Positions 1 through 11,068 of a stretch of 64,000 nucleotides of DNA are shown piece after piece. Position 1 is the stretch's first letter, and every line of letters begins with the position of its first letter. The stretch covers positions 184,822,001 through 184,886,000 of the forward strand of contig OZ024740.1 of the NCBI GenBank assembly GCA_964016885.1, in the 5' to 3' direction. This DNA is from Eledone cirrhosa. Lineage: Eukaryota. The translations under genes were made by a program, and so were the position numbers. The notes beneath the pieces are model-generated. The model searched no databases, was not told where the DNA came from, and was given only the letters and a program-made list of their open reading frames with translations.

Positions 1-69
1 ATATCCGGATTACATTGAGTTCTTCATACGGATTGGACACTACCGTAAACTCTTGGTAGATTTATCTAC

Positions 70-108
<39 letters not shown>

Positions 109-124
109 TATATATATATATATT

Positions 125-178
<54 letters not shown>

Positions 179-189
179 TACATATCTAG

Positions 190-350
190 GCAGCAAATTG
201 GCAGAGTCATTAGAACATCGGATAGAATGCTGTATAATATCCATTCCTGCTCTCTACTCTCTGAGCTCAAATCCCGCCGAGGTCAAGTTTGCCTCTCATC
301 CTTTTGAGGTCGATAAAGAAAGTACCAGCCTAGTACTGGGGTCAATTATT
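190..350 (+). mobile_element. SINE family A copy (tRNA-like head plus conserved core)
   Basis: A-box-like TGGCAGAGTC and B-box-like GAGCTCAAATCC, then core GGTCAAGTTTGCCTCTCATCCTTTTGAGGTCGATAAAGAAAGTACCAG. The core recurs many times in the window. Confidence 0.75.
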
Positions 351-514
351 CCTCTCTCCAGAAGAAATCTGCTGTACTCAGGCTTGGAGAGTCATGGGCT
401 TCGCCAGGCTTAAAATGCCCCAAAACATTGTATGTCAATACTGCGCCCCTACGACTTTATCAGGAGTTACGGGACTATAACATATATATGTTTGTGTGTG
501 TGTTTATGTATATG

Positions 515-775
515 TAAGGGATTGATTGAAAACTTCTTGTTACCCTGATGTTACTATAAAAATGCCTAAGTATCTGTGTTGGGCTAAATGGTGCTAACTC
601 AAAACCATTCAATACGAGCGTCGGACTCCAGCAAGGGTAGTACTCTCACCTCTCCTGTTCATAATCTTCATTGACAGGATTGACATTCAAAACCAGGCTG
701 AAAGTGGTATTGAGACTGGTGACATGGAAGTAATTAACTCATCAGAAAGTGATATCTGCTATGCAGATGTGCGAC
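515..775 (+). pseudogene. Degraded RTE-type LINE reverse transcriptase fragment
   Basis: Translates to ...GANSKPFNTSVGLQQG.VLSPLLFIIFIDRI..., the RT motif GxxQGxxLSPLLF, with frameshifts. Confidence 0.7.
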
Positions 776-1205
776 ACTTATTTTCTTTTTTCTCTTTTCC
801 CTTTATCTCATTTGCTCTTCTTCACTTCTCTTTCCAAAATATTCTCTATTCTCACTGTTTTTAATTTTTGATGAAGTACTAGTGTCCCAGACTCTAACTT
901 CTCATAAGCCTTATATATGTATATATATAAGAGGGACATCCCCCCCAACTATATAAACCTCAATCTAGTTAGAAAAATATAAAAACAATCTCTTCTCAAC
1001 ATATATATGTATATTAATAACCTTAAATTACCACACTAATAATGGAAAGATATGCTGATGAGAATAGGTGCAAATATGCGATAATGAATGTGTCTAAAAG
1101 CGACCATAAGTATGTATATATATGTGAAAATGTATATAAATAAGTAAATATATATATATGTTTGATGTGTATAGTTAGATGTAAGTGTATTCATGTATTA
1201 ACGTG

Positions 1206-1321
<116 letters not shown>

Positions 1322-1838
1322 GACTGGAGTATGTATGTATATATGTGTGTGTCTATACGTGTGTATATAAAGATAAGTTGAGTATGAAAATGTATACACA
1401 TGAACGCGTATGTATGTACATGTATATATGTGTGTATATATATATGTATGCATGTGTATATGTATGTAAGTATGAGCATGTAAGTATGTGAATGTGAGTA
1501 TATGTATTTTGTAGAGGTGTGCATATATGTTTGTGTGTGAATGCGTGGGCGAAAGGATACGTACACTTGAAAGAAAAATTTAAGTCTGAATGTTAATTAA
1601 GTGCAAACACAAAACCAACCCCGCATATCTATACTATCTCTAATCCTTCTATAGATTTAGAAAAAATAACCAATAATATATTCTATAAAAATGTCAAAAC
1701 AACAGATGGGAATCTAATTACTCACTGCCACCAAAAATTCTCACTGCTATCAAAAAACCACCCCTCAACTATTCTTCTAACAACTTCACCCCTCCCTCCT
1801 AATATTCTCTATAAAAACCAAACAGGTCCTCAGTAAAA

Positions 1839-1959
1839 TTATTCCGATGAAATGACAGTTGATAATAACATTGAAATATTGAATGTCTGCATAACTAATA
1901 CTTTGTAGATAGCAGCTGTTTTCAGGTTATGTAACTGTTATAGAAACACGTGTCAATAA
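1839..1959 (+). ncRNA. Type I hammerhead ribozyme motif with long stem II (U4>C variant), Penelope-type terminal repeat
   Basis: TTATT-CCGATGA(1844)-A-ATGACAGTT...AACTGTTAT-A-GAAA(1943)-CACGTG-TC-AATAA. Stem I is TTATT/AATAA, stem III is the palindrome ACACGTGT, and the cleavage triplet is GTC. Confidence 0.65.
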
Positions 1960-1990
1960 ATTCCTTTTAACTAAACTGTATCCATTCAAA

Positions 1991-2089
<99 letters not shown>

Positions 2090-2150
2090 CTATCTATATC
2101 TATATATATATATATATATATCTATATATCTATATCTATATATATCTATA

Positions 2151-2194
<44 letters not shown>

Positions 2195-2770
2195 AGTCTT
2201 TTTCTGTGTATATATATATATCGGTGGGTGTATGCATACATACGGACTTGGACATGTACAAGACATACTAGTTTGAGGAATTTTCCTTTTCCTCTCTTAT
2301 TCATCTTATAACTCATGCTATGTTTTAATCTCAGTTTTATTCTGAAAATAGTCTATCTTCTCTGTGACCCCATCTTAAGTTGTTATTAGTTTCTTAGTCA
2401 CTAAACCTTCACCTTATTATCGATATATTGATTATGTTTAACGTCTTCTTATGTATATTCTATTAATATTAATTTTATAACTTCAGTTACTAAGTGTAAT
2501 AGAATTTTTAAGTTATATTGGTATACAACTCGCTTCATTTTAGTGCATCATATATTTGTATCAATGCATTGTATTTCGTAAAACATCTATAGTTACTGAA
2601 CGTTACTTTTTAAATTTTTTTATCACTGATCAATTTTAATTACGTTTTTAGACTTCCATAAATTTTAAAGTTTTCCTAACAATATTTGAATATTATTGTT
2701 TACGTTTTTCGCTCTTTTCTTTCACTAGCATTCTTGAATATGTATGCTAGTCTTTATTTGTATTTGATTT

Positions 2771-2834
2771 ATTCTGAGGAGTTATTCTAACAGGTATGGA
2801 AGATTCTTGTTACTCTAACGAAACGGTGGTGAAT
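2771..2834 (+). ncRNA. Degenerate hammerhead motif
   Basis: ATT-CTGAGGA-GTTA..TAACAGG..CTTGTTA..TAAC-GAAAC-GGTG-GT-G-AAT. The cleavage-site base is G, so it is probably inactive. Confidence 0.45.
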
Positions 2835-3049
2835 CTGTTAAATGCCTTAATTAAAGTCCTTGTTAATCTTTTATTTTTTATAAAAATATGATCTGTGAGG
2901 TTATAACACTATTGTGATTGAAAATTTACCTATTGGATTAAACTCAGAACTGTATATTATCTTTCTTTTTTCGGACTATAAAATCACTTTGAGCTTTAAA
3001 AATTACTTTGCCATTATACGGTTGTATTATCAACTCATTTAAACCTGTA

Positions 3050-3102
<53 letters not shown>

Positions 3103-3134
3103 TACACGGGTGTGTATGATTGTTTATAGAAGAT

Positions 3135-3515
3135 TATATTAATAAAAGAATTCCAACTTTGTCTGATTTACTCGTTTTATTTACAATCCTTTAAAATTTA
3201 TAATGGTATTAGAATGAAATAGTATGGTCGAATATTAAATGTTAAGTGTTAATTGAACAAGTACTTTCATGCTTTTGCAATCTTCAGGTTCATATTCTGT
3301 GGTGACAGTCAAGTTTGCAATTTTTAACTGTTGAAAATTGCAAACTTGACTGTTACCATAGAATATGAACCTGAAGTTTGCAAAAGCATGAAAGTACTTG
3401 TTCAATTAACACTTAACATTTAATATTCTACCATACTATTTCATTCTAATACCATTATAAATGTTAAAGGATTGTAAATAAAACGAGTAAATCAGACAAG
3501 GTAGGAATTCTTTTA

Positions 3516-3523
<8 letters not shown>
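3135..3523. repeat. Near-perfect 389-bp palindrome with a hammerhead motif in each arm
   Basis: Arms of ~194 bp are reverse complements about position 3329 with few mismatches. Plus-strand motif 3367-3403 is GAAC-CTGAAGT-TTGCAAAAGCAT-GAAA-GTACTT-GTTC. The minus-strand motif at 3255-3291 has an intact CTGAAGA. Confidence 0.9.
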
Positions 3524-3590
<67 letters not shown>

Positions 3591-3592
3591 AT

Positions 3593-4341
3593 GGCATAGG
3601 TAAAATATAACGTCCGAGAAAGTGAAACTAATTTTTATGACAAGTGAATGTTTTTTTGTTTTTTTTTTACATTGAAAGTTACGTGACAGTTTGTTTATTT
3701 ACAACAGGTCTCTATAGTGATATGGTGTTAATTAGTATTGCGTGTGTGATTATTTTCTCTTATATATATATGTGTGGGTGTGTATATGTGTGTATATATA
3801 TGTGTGACTGTATTGCCTCATCGAAGTCCCAGATCGAAGCCGTGAGACTCTTGTCCCCATTATACAGGAATGGATTTTGCCAGGAAGCCACATCATGTCC
3901 GATGGTTGGGCTTCCTATTCTGATATTGAGGAAATTCAAGGTGGCATTTACCTCCATGATGTTGTTGTGCACCAACGGAATTTTGTCGATCCTGAAGACC
4001 CTAATGTGCACACACAACTCATAGAGAACACTTGGAGCCGTGCGAAGAAAAAGCTCCGTCGACAACATGGGACAAGCGACGATTTATTCCCCTCGTATTT
4101 AGCTGAATTTCTTTGGCGGCAGAGAGTTGGTGCCAGCAAATTTGGTGAGATGATCAACTGTATTTCAGTTATTTATACGGTCTAATAAGGATGTTGATAA
4201 GGTACGTCTAATTTTCCGTACACACAATAGACAAAAAAAGAAAAAGAAAAAATAATCACACACACAATACTAAAAAACAAACACATTCACTTGTCATAAA
4301 AATTAGTTTCACTTTCTCGGACGTTATATTTTACCTATGCC
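3593..4341 (+). mobile_element. Merlin (IS1016/IS1595-type) DNA transposon, internally deleted
   Basis: ~58-bp terminal inverted repeats, GGCATAGGTAAAATATAACGTCCGAGAAAGTGAAACTAATTTT... at 3593 and its reverse complement ending at 4341. They enclose a DDE transposase fragment. The target-site duplication is ambiguous in the (AAT)n flanks. Confidence 0.88.
3814..4185 (+). pseudogene. C-terminal half of an ISXO2/IS1595-family (Merlin) transposase
   Basis: CLIEVPDRSRETLVPIIQEWILPGSHIMSDGWASY...VVHQRNFVDP...HTQLIENTWSRAK...YLAEFLWR. The N-terminus and first catalytic Asp are missing. Confidence 0.88.
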
Positions 4342-4617
4342 AATAATAATAATAATATTTATACTTATATATACACTATATATAATTATAAACAGGAAAG
4401 GTCAGTAATTATTTACCATCTTATTACCAGTAAGAAAAATAGCTCAATGTAAATACATCAGATGTTTTACAGAGCCGGAATATAAATTACAGAATAATCA
4501 AAACTTTAGAATAATCAAAAAGTTTAGACATATAATTAACCTCCTATTCCACAGAACAATTGTAAAGATACGTAGATATTACTGTTGTCATTAACAGTGT
4601 CATATTTAAAGAGTGAA

Positions 4618-4677
4618 GATGATGTGGTCAGTAACAGTGGATGCAACAAAGATCCACTGATACTGACCACATCATCA
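4618..4677. repeat. Short hairpin (25-bp arms)
   Basis: GATGATGTGGTCAGTAACAGTGGAT ... ATCCACTGATACTGACCACATCATC. Confidence 0.7.
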
Positions 4678-4711
4678 ATAACATGTTTTGAACATAGTTT
4701 TGATTATTCTG

Positions 4712-4775
<64 letters not shown>

Positions 4776-5019
4776 TCCGAGGAGATGGTGAGATGGATCT
4801 GGAATATAGAGGCTAATAATATATGGTTGCATAAGTATTAGTCAATATATCGATTTATCATGATCAATCAACCTTCTGTAACATATACCGTTTTAAACAA
4901 GTTTTATCTCTTTTATTGTATTTTATTTTATTCTGGCTTCTCCCTATAGCTCACTCTTCTTACCTTGACCTGAACCACATGCACTACAAAAGTACCACAC
5001 AACCCACTATATATGTATA

Positions 5020-5192
5020 GATATATGGAAATTTACAAAATTTGTATTTAAAACATTACATTCCAGAAGAGTGGGAATAACATTTACTGCATAACACTTA
5101 CAATGAAACACGTGTGATGGTTACGCATTAATGTTATTCCCAGTCTGCTGGAATGTGATAATTTAAATAATAATTCCATAAATTTCTATATA
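5020..5192. repeat. Degenerate inverted repeat
   Basis: ACATTCCAGAAGAGTGGGAATAACATT versus AATGTTATTCCCAGTCTGCTGGAATGT. The loop contains GAAACACGTGT. Confidence 0.6.
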
Positions 5193-5389
5193 TACTCTGT
5201 AAATTGCTACACTTGGAATCTATAGTGGAACTACCACAGGATTTACGAAGTGAAATAATTCAACCTTTGAGTAAAACACAACTGTAAGCAGCTTCAGATT
5301 CTTGTTACATAATCAAATTAAATAATTACAATAACGGAAACTGAATAATACTATAATTTTCTCTCTCTCTTTCTCTCTATATATATATA

Positions 5390-5558
5390 CATTCAAAAGA
5401 AATCATCAGTTAAGCCCTGATGATTTATTTTGAATGAAACCGTCCTACTCCTTCAGAAGCCATTTCTATATTAAACATGATGTTTACACTCTACTAATGT
5501 ATTGAGTAATTGTGGTTAAACCTGATTGAACCTGGTACATTGGAATACCCCAATATCA

Positions 5559-5560
<2 letters not shown>
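5390..5560 (+). mobile_element. Penelope-type terminal repeat with hammerhead core and short inverted copy
   Basis: CTGATGA(5417)-TTTATTTTGAAT-GAAAC-C-GTC, preceded by the near reverse complement CATTCAAAAGAAATCATCAG. Same family as 21750-21812 and 46229-46430. Confidence 0.65.
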
Positions 5561-5656
<96 letters not shown>

Positions 5657-5676
5657 AATATATATATATATATATA

Positions 5677-5755
5677 AGTTAACGCCATCAAGCAGAGCAG
5701 AAGCAAGGGAGACAAGCGTCGATGCATTTTGAACTCAGGCAAAAAGCAGACAAAA

Positions 5756-5797
<42 letters not shown>

Positions 5798-5927
5798 TTT
5801 TGCCTGCTTTTATAGTCCGGCAGTTGCAAGAGCAGTAGGGATCGTCATGAAGAGAACCTATTGAGTTCAAAATGCATCGACGCTTATCTCCATTGCTTCT
5901 GCTGAGCACTGCTTGATGGCGTTAACT
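5677..5927. repeat. Inverted repeat around (TA)n with a degenerate hammerhead (5843-5882)
   Basis: Arms AGTTAACGCCATCAAGCAG...TTTTGAACTCA and its reverse complement. Motif CGTC-ATGAAGA-GAAC..GTTC-AAAA-TGCA-TC-GACG has two core substitutions but intact stems I-III. Confidence 0.7.
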
Positions 5928-6032
5928 GATGGCTTTCTAAATGTTTATTTATAAATATAGCGTATTTCTTTAGAAATACAAAATTCAAATACATATTTGT
6001 ATGGAGGTATGTTCGAAGCTAAATTCTAATTC

Positions 6033-6124
<92 letters not shown>

Positions 6125-6592
6125 GAATTAGAACATACTTCTTCGAAGCCTTAGAGAAATACTTCCCACCTAACCATAGATACAGAAAAATCCTCAATAA
6201 GAATAACGTAAAAACTCCTTTTCCACTACACCCAATCTAGCTGACCTCATAGCAATAAGTAACTGCAAGCTCACTAGTATACAGCATCCTAGCAACGACA
6301 ACTTTAGGGAATATGACAACTCAGGTAACCTTAGCAATTCTTTAGCCCCCACATGATAACATTGGTGGTAACCAGGACCGGCATCTTAGTATTGGCAGCG
6401 GTCCACAAAATTGCACCTCATTAGAAATTAATTGCTGCACCAGTAGTGTGACTGATGACGGGGTTAGTGACCTTAACAGCTCGAACAACTGCTGTAGAAG
6501 ATGCTGTAGTATACGGTGTGTGCATAGCACTGCCCTACGTGTCCACAGCTATGGTAATGCCAACTACAATAATATTAGCCATGTTGTTGATG

Positions 6593-6641
<49 letters not shown>

Positions 6642-6694
6642 GCTGGATACTAACACCCACCACCTTAGAGGCGACCGTAGTAAACACTGCAATC

Positions 6695-7102
6695 AATTGT
6701 CGTGACCCTACAAACTGTCCACTCCGAGGCTACTGCCTAACTAAAAATGTTATCTATAGATGAACTGTTACTAGTCATAATAGTGTTAAGTATTACATAG
6801 GGGCCACCTCTGGTTCATTCAAGACCAGATTTCGAGCACACCTCCAATCTTTTAAGAATAAGAAGCTTAGATACTCTACGTCCCTCGCTAACTATATCAC
6901 TCAATTAAATGACTCTAGCATTAGCTTCACCACTTATTGGGAAATTGTGAACCAGGCAACACCCTACAACTTTAAGAAAAGCTGCCAGCTCTGTCTGATG
7001 GAACTGTACTATATAGTGCAAGCACCCCTGGACCTCATTAATAGTCGAGCCGAAACTGTCATCAATTGCGGCCATAGACTACAACAGTCCTTCTATAGAT
7101 GA
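6695..7102 (+). pseudogene. GIY-YIG endonuclease of a Penelope-like element
   Basis: NCRDPTNCPLRGYCLTKNVIYR*TVT...KYYIGATSGSFKTRFRAHLQSF...STSLANYI...CQLCLME...LINSRAE...CGH, with one in-frame stop at 6761. Confidence 0.88.
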
Positions 7103-7728
7103 ATCCCGGCTAATTCTCAAACACCATAACACATGGGGCCTCCAACACTTCGCCCTGGCTCGACCTAAAATGGTGGACTTAAAATTAAACATCTTTGAAC
7201 AATACCATCATCCAGCCCCCGTCGTCCATCCTGGGAGCTGTACTACATATTTTCAGACAAGATTACCCCTTTGTATTCTTCCACACTGATATACTAAACT
7301 ATACAGAACTGCTGATTATATCCTTTAAACACTGTAGACATATGATCATATAATTATACTGAATCCATCTCATATGTCTTTACATTTCTAGACTCTTTAG
7401 CCTACATTGAAATTGCAGCTTTATACTAACTAAACTAGTGTATAGTCTTTAATTACCTTACTCATAATTGATACTAATACTCATACCTTAACAGTGCCTC
7501 ATTAAATTGACTTAACAAACCATAATTAAATTAACACCTTATAACAAGAAATATAATTTTTTAATAGCGGTCATTAATCTAACATAACTTTAATATGCAC
7601 CGGGATTACTTCCCTTAGTACACAAGGATCTCCACTCCATTTTGTAACACGGAGTAATGCATTTCGATGTTAAAATGTTGCTTATACCCTTGCAGGGTTC
7701 ATTATTATTTTTTTTGCCTATTTAACTG

Positions 7729-7764
7729 CCTCAGACGAGCTCGATTGGGCGAAACATATGTAAG
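7729..7764 (+). ncRNA. Minimal type I hammerhead motif (U4>A variant)
   Basis: CT-CAGACGA-GCTC-GATT-GGGC-GAAA-CATATG-TA-AG. Stem III is the palindrome ACATATGT and the triplet is GTA. It lies ~630 bp downstream of the GIY-YIG stop. Confidence 0.7.
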
Positions 7765-7852
7765 AGATTTTTATAAATGTGTTTTAACGGCTTGCTTCTC
7801 TTTTATCAATGTTTGATGGCTGAAACAGGTAAAAGAGTAAAAGAGTATATAT

Positions 7853-7885
<33 letters not shown>

Positions 7886-7979
7886 AATATATATATATAA
7901 ATATATATAAATGTTTCAGAAACAAAATGGCGTAGGACAGAACAAAGGAGAGGCACAAAAACAAAGAAAAGAATCCCCA

Positions 7980-8022
7980 GTCACTGATGAGGTCACAGAA
8001 TGTGTGACGAAAGAACTTTGAC
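7980..8022 (+). ncRNA. Minimal type I hammerhead motif
   Basis: GTCA-CTGATGA-G-GTCACA-GAATG-TGTGAC-GAAAG-AA-CT-T-TGAC, with stem I GTCA/TGAC. Confidence 0.65.
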
Positions 8023-8399
8023 AATATATAAACAACTATCTGGTTGTGGAACCAACCAACCAACCAGAAATTTATAAATTCCTAAATTTATAAATTTATT
8101 ATAATAAATTGAAGTGAAAGCAACTGGTGCGTGTGTTTCTTATTGTCAACATGACCCTCCCAAAGTATAACAACATATATATATATATATATGCTGGGAG
8201 ATCTCTATATTATCTGAAGTGCTATATAGTTATTTAATAACGATATTAAACAACATTTAAGATTACTGGTTGGTTTCATGCCAAAATCAGATTTTAATGG
8301 CATTAACATACACCTGACCTGATATCTGAATCTGCATTTCCTCATACCTTAAAATATTTACAAATAGTTGATCGATTCTTTGCAAGAAATTATGAGAAT

Positions 8400-8771
8400 T
8401 GTATGTAATCAGTGAGTCAAGGTTGAAAATTGGAAGTAGACAAACCAGAGACATCAACTTAACTGTTATATGTTTATATGGACGTGTGGTTAGAATGCCT
8501 CGGGCACGAATCACTAGACAGATTTTTCAGGCAAAACCAACCAACAGTAAACCAAGAGGCAGACCCCAAGCGAGATAGTTGGATAACATACATGATGTTG
8601 GCTGGTCTCCCTTAGGGATCCTGCAGGATCATTGGGAGATGGTTGCTTCTGACATGACCTGCTGGAATGAGTGTTTGAAGTCTCTACCACTACGACCATC
8701 CCAGGAATAAGTGGGTGAAGAAGAAGAAGAAGAAGAAGAAGAAGACGAAGAAGAAGAAGAAGAAGAAGAAG

Positions 8772-8801
<30 letters not shown>
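8400..8801 (+). mobile_element. Degraded RTE-type LINE 3' end with (GAA)n tail
   Basis: YGRVVRMP...KPRGRP C-terminal motifs followed by (GAA)n at ~8717-8801. Confidence 0.55.
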
Positions 8802-8802
<1 letters not shown>

Positions 8803-9599
8803 TATCCCCCAAGGGACAGAGTGACTGCATGTTGAATGAATGAGTAGTAAATTGCATTTTTTTTTTTTTTTATTAGTTTAGTGCATAAAGTTAAAAAGTA
8901 ATGAGTCTAAAGTTGAAAAAGCTTGATAGGTGTTATCAGCTACAGTGGGTCAGTGTGATGGGATAGATAATAGACAAGAGGCTAGTATTTCCAGAAAGGA
9001 TGTACAATGGATGAATCTTTGGATAGCAAAGTATATATAATTGCAGATCATGTATTACTTTGAAAAGTTTTGCAATGGCTTGTCAGTTACAGTGAGTGTG
9101 TGCCTGCCGAGGTGGCTTGGGAGGGGGATTCAAAAGTGGTATTCCTGATAAGTAAGTTGATATTTTTTAATAGGGACAAAATGTAAATATTCTGCTCTGG
9201 AATTGTGCTATTCATAGGGGATTTCAGCTCTTGAAGAATTAGGGTATATTCAGTGGTGCCAAGCCTGATCCATCAGCTTCATTAATGTAGCCTTTAGTTT
9301 TATTGAGAGCATCCTATAAAACTTTAGAATTGTAATTTTTTCTGTACATAAATGGTGGGAGATAATTTTCTGATGTTAGGTGATTATTGTTGTTTTAGCC
9401 ATTATTGTACAATGATTTTCATCCTCCTCCATTCATCAAATAAAGTACAAGGTCCAAACAAAAGAACCAAACTCCCACTGTCACTGCCTCCAACTCTCAC
9501 TATTATGAGCAAATGGGGGCCATGTGCTGGCTTCCTTGCAGCCCCAATGGACAGAATGGTGAAAGCATTTCCCTGAATTTTCTGGCAAGTGACTTAATC

Positions 9600-10500
9600 T
9601 GGGATAATATATTGAAACTAAAAGAAATTGCTCTCATGGAAGAGTAATTTTAGCCATTTATACTTTATATATATGTAATGTTTATTATTATAATTTATAT
9701 TTCAAACTTTCATAGCCTATATATAGTTCATCAAAGCCATGGAATTCTCGTAACTGGATACTTGAAGGGTGAGATTTGTGAGTAGTACCTCTGTTTTTTC
9801 TTCATGTAATTTAATGCAGAGTTTTCTGTCCACTGTTTGGATAGGTATGTCAGTGCTAACTTCAGCCCCATACACAACAGACTTGATGTTACATGCCTGA
9901 CTTACACAGAATTAGTTGATCTAAACAGAACATTTACTGAAGATTTTAACATATTGGTGTTTCTATGGAAAATGCCAGAGCCAGAGATCTGTGACATATT
10001 ACTCAATGTTTAATCCTTTAGCATTTGCATTACTACAGTAAAGACTTTAATTCACATAATATTGAAGTTAAAATACTTTGATGTTATTTATTTTGAGAAT
10101 AGTACCTTAACATTGCTATGATGAGCTGATTATGGCTGGTTTGAAGAAAAAGAGGTAGGAGAATTATGGCTGGATACGGCTGGTTTAAATGCTAAAGTGT
10201 TAAGAAGAAGAGGGATGCAAACGTAATGATCTGTTTTTTGATTTCTTGTGGGAATGAGAATGGGAGTGAGAGAAATGTAGCAAATCTTGTATTTGAAGCC
10301 ACTATCCAGGAAGTACATAGTGTAGGAAGTGGCTGCTTTATCAAATACAGCTTTATAGAAGAATAGAGTAGACAATTTGAAGCTGATCAGGTACTTAAAA
10401 ATTGGGTGGTGTGGCAGTATTTTTTTTTATTTTTATATATAAGCTGCTCTTTCAGTTTTTGAAGGGTTTGCAAGTATCTGTGATCAAACTGTTTGTTACC
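9600..10500 (-). mobile_element. Degraded Penelope-like element
   Basis: Minus-strand peptides VFDKAATSYTMYFLDSGFKYKICY, IKVFYCSNAN and ACNIKSVVYGAEV, in the order expected for the linker and GIY-YIG region. Confidence 0.6.
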
Positions 10501-10657
10501 ACTAGTAAATATGCCATGACTGGATTAGTGTGGCTTGGGGTTTGGGTGGGAAGGGTATGTGGGGATGATGTAGGTGTGTATCGTGTGTGAGGGGTGGAGT
10601 GTTAGGATATGGTAGATGTATATATATATATATATATATATTTATAAATATATATAT

Positions 10658-11002
10658 ATCATCATCATCATCATTTCATTTTATGTCCACTTTTTCCCTG
10701 CTTGCAAGGGTGGGACGGGAACTGATTCTGGCTTGATTTCTACAGCTGGATGCCCTTCCTAACACCAACCTCATTTACAGTGAGTGCTGGGTGCTTTTTT
10801 GCCGTGGCACCTCCACGACCACTTTGCAGTGGAATGATAAAGACTGGAGTCCCTATCATCTCATTTCTACAGCTGAGTAAACTGGAGCAATGTGAAATAA
10901 AATGTTTTGCTCAAGGAAACAACACATCACCCGCTCTGAGAATTGAACTCACAACCTTTCGATTGCAAGGCCAATGCTTTAACCACTGAGCCATGTGACT
11001 CC

Positions 11003-11003
<1 letters not shown>
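10658..11003 (-). mobile_element. SINE family B, full length (tRNA-like head, core, RTE-type tail)
   Basis: Minus strand reads GGAGTCACATGGCTCAGTGGTTAAAGCA...GAGTTCAATTC (A/B boxes), CTTGAGCAAAACATTTT, GGTGTTAGGAAGGGCATCCAGCTGTAGAAA and a tail ending (GAT)n. Highly similar to 16455-16803. Confidence 0.85.
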
Positions 11004-11037
<34 letters not shown>

Positions 11038-11068
11038 AAGATATGAAGACGGGTAAGGCGGCTGGGCC

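Larger units (their letters stand above)
6120..7790 (+). mobile_element. 5'-truncated Penelope-like retroelement
   Basis: LEKYFPPNHRYRKILNKNNVK linker, then a GIY-YIG endonuclease, a 3' UTR and a hammerhead motif. Confidence 0.85.

Noticed and set aside
3814-4185. Bacterial IS1595 or contamination
   Set aside because: The long inverted repeats, internal microsatellite and eukaryotic flanks fit a resident Merlin element.
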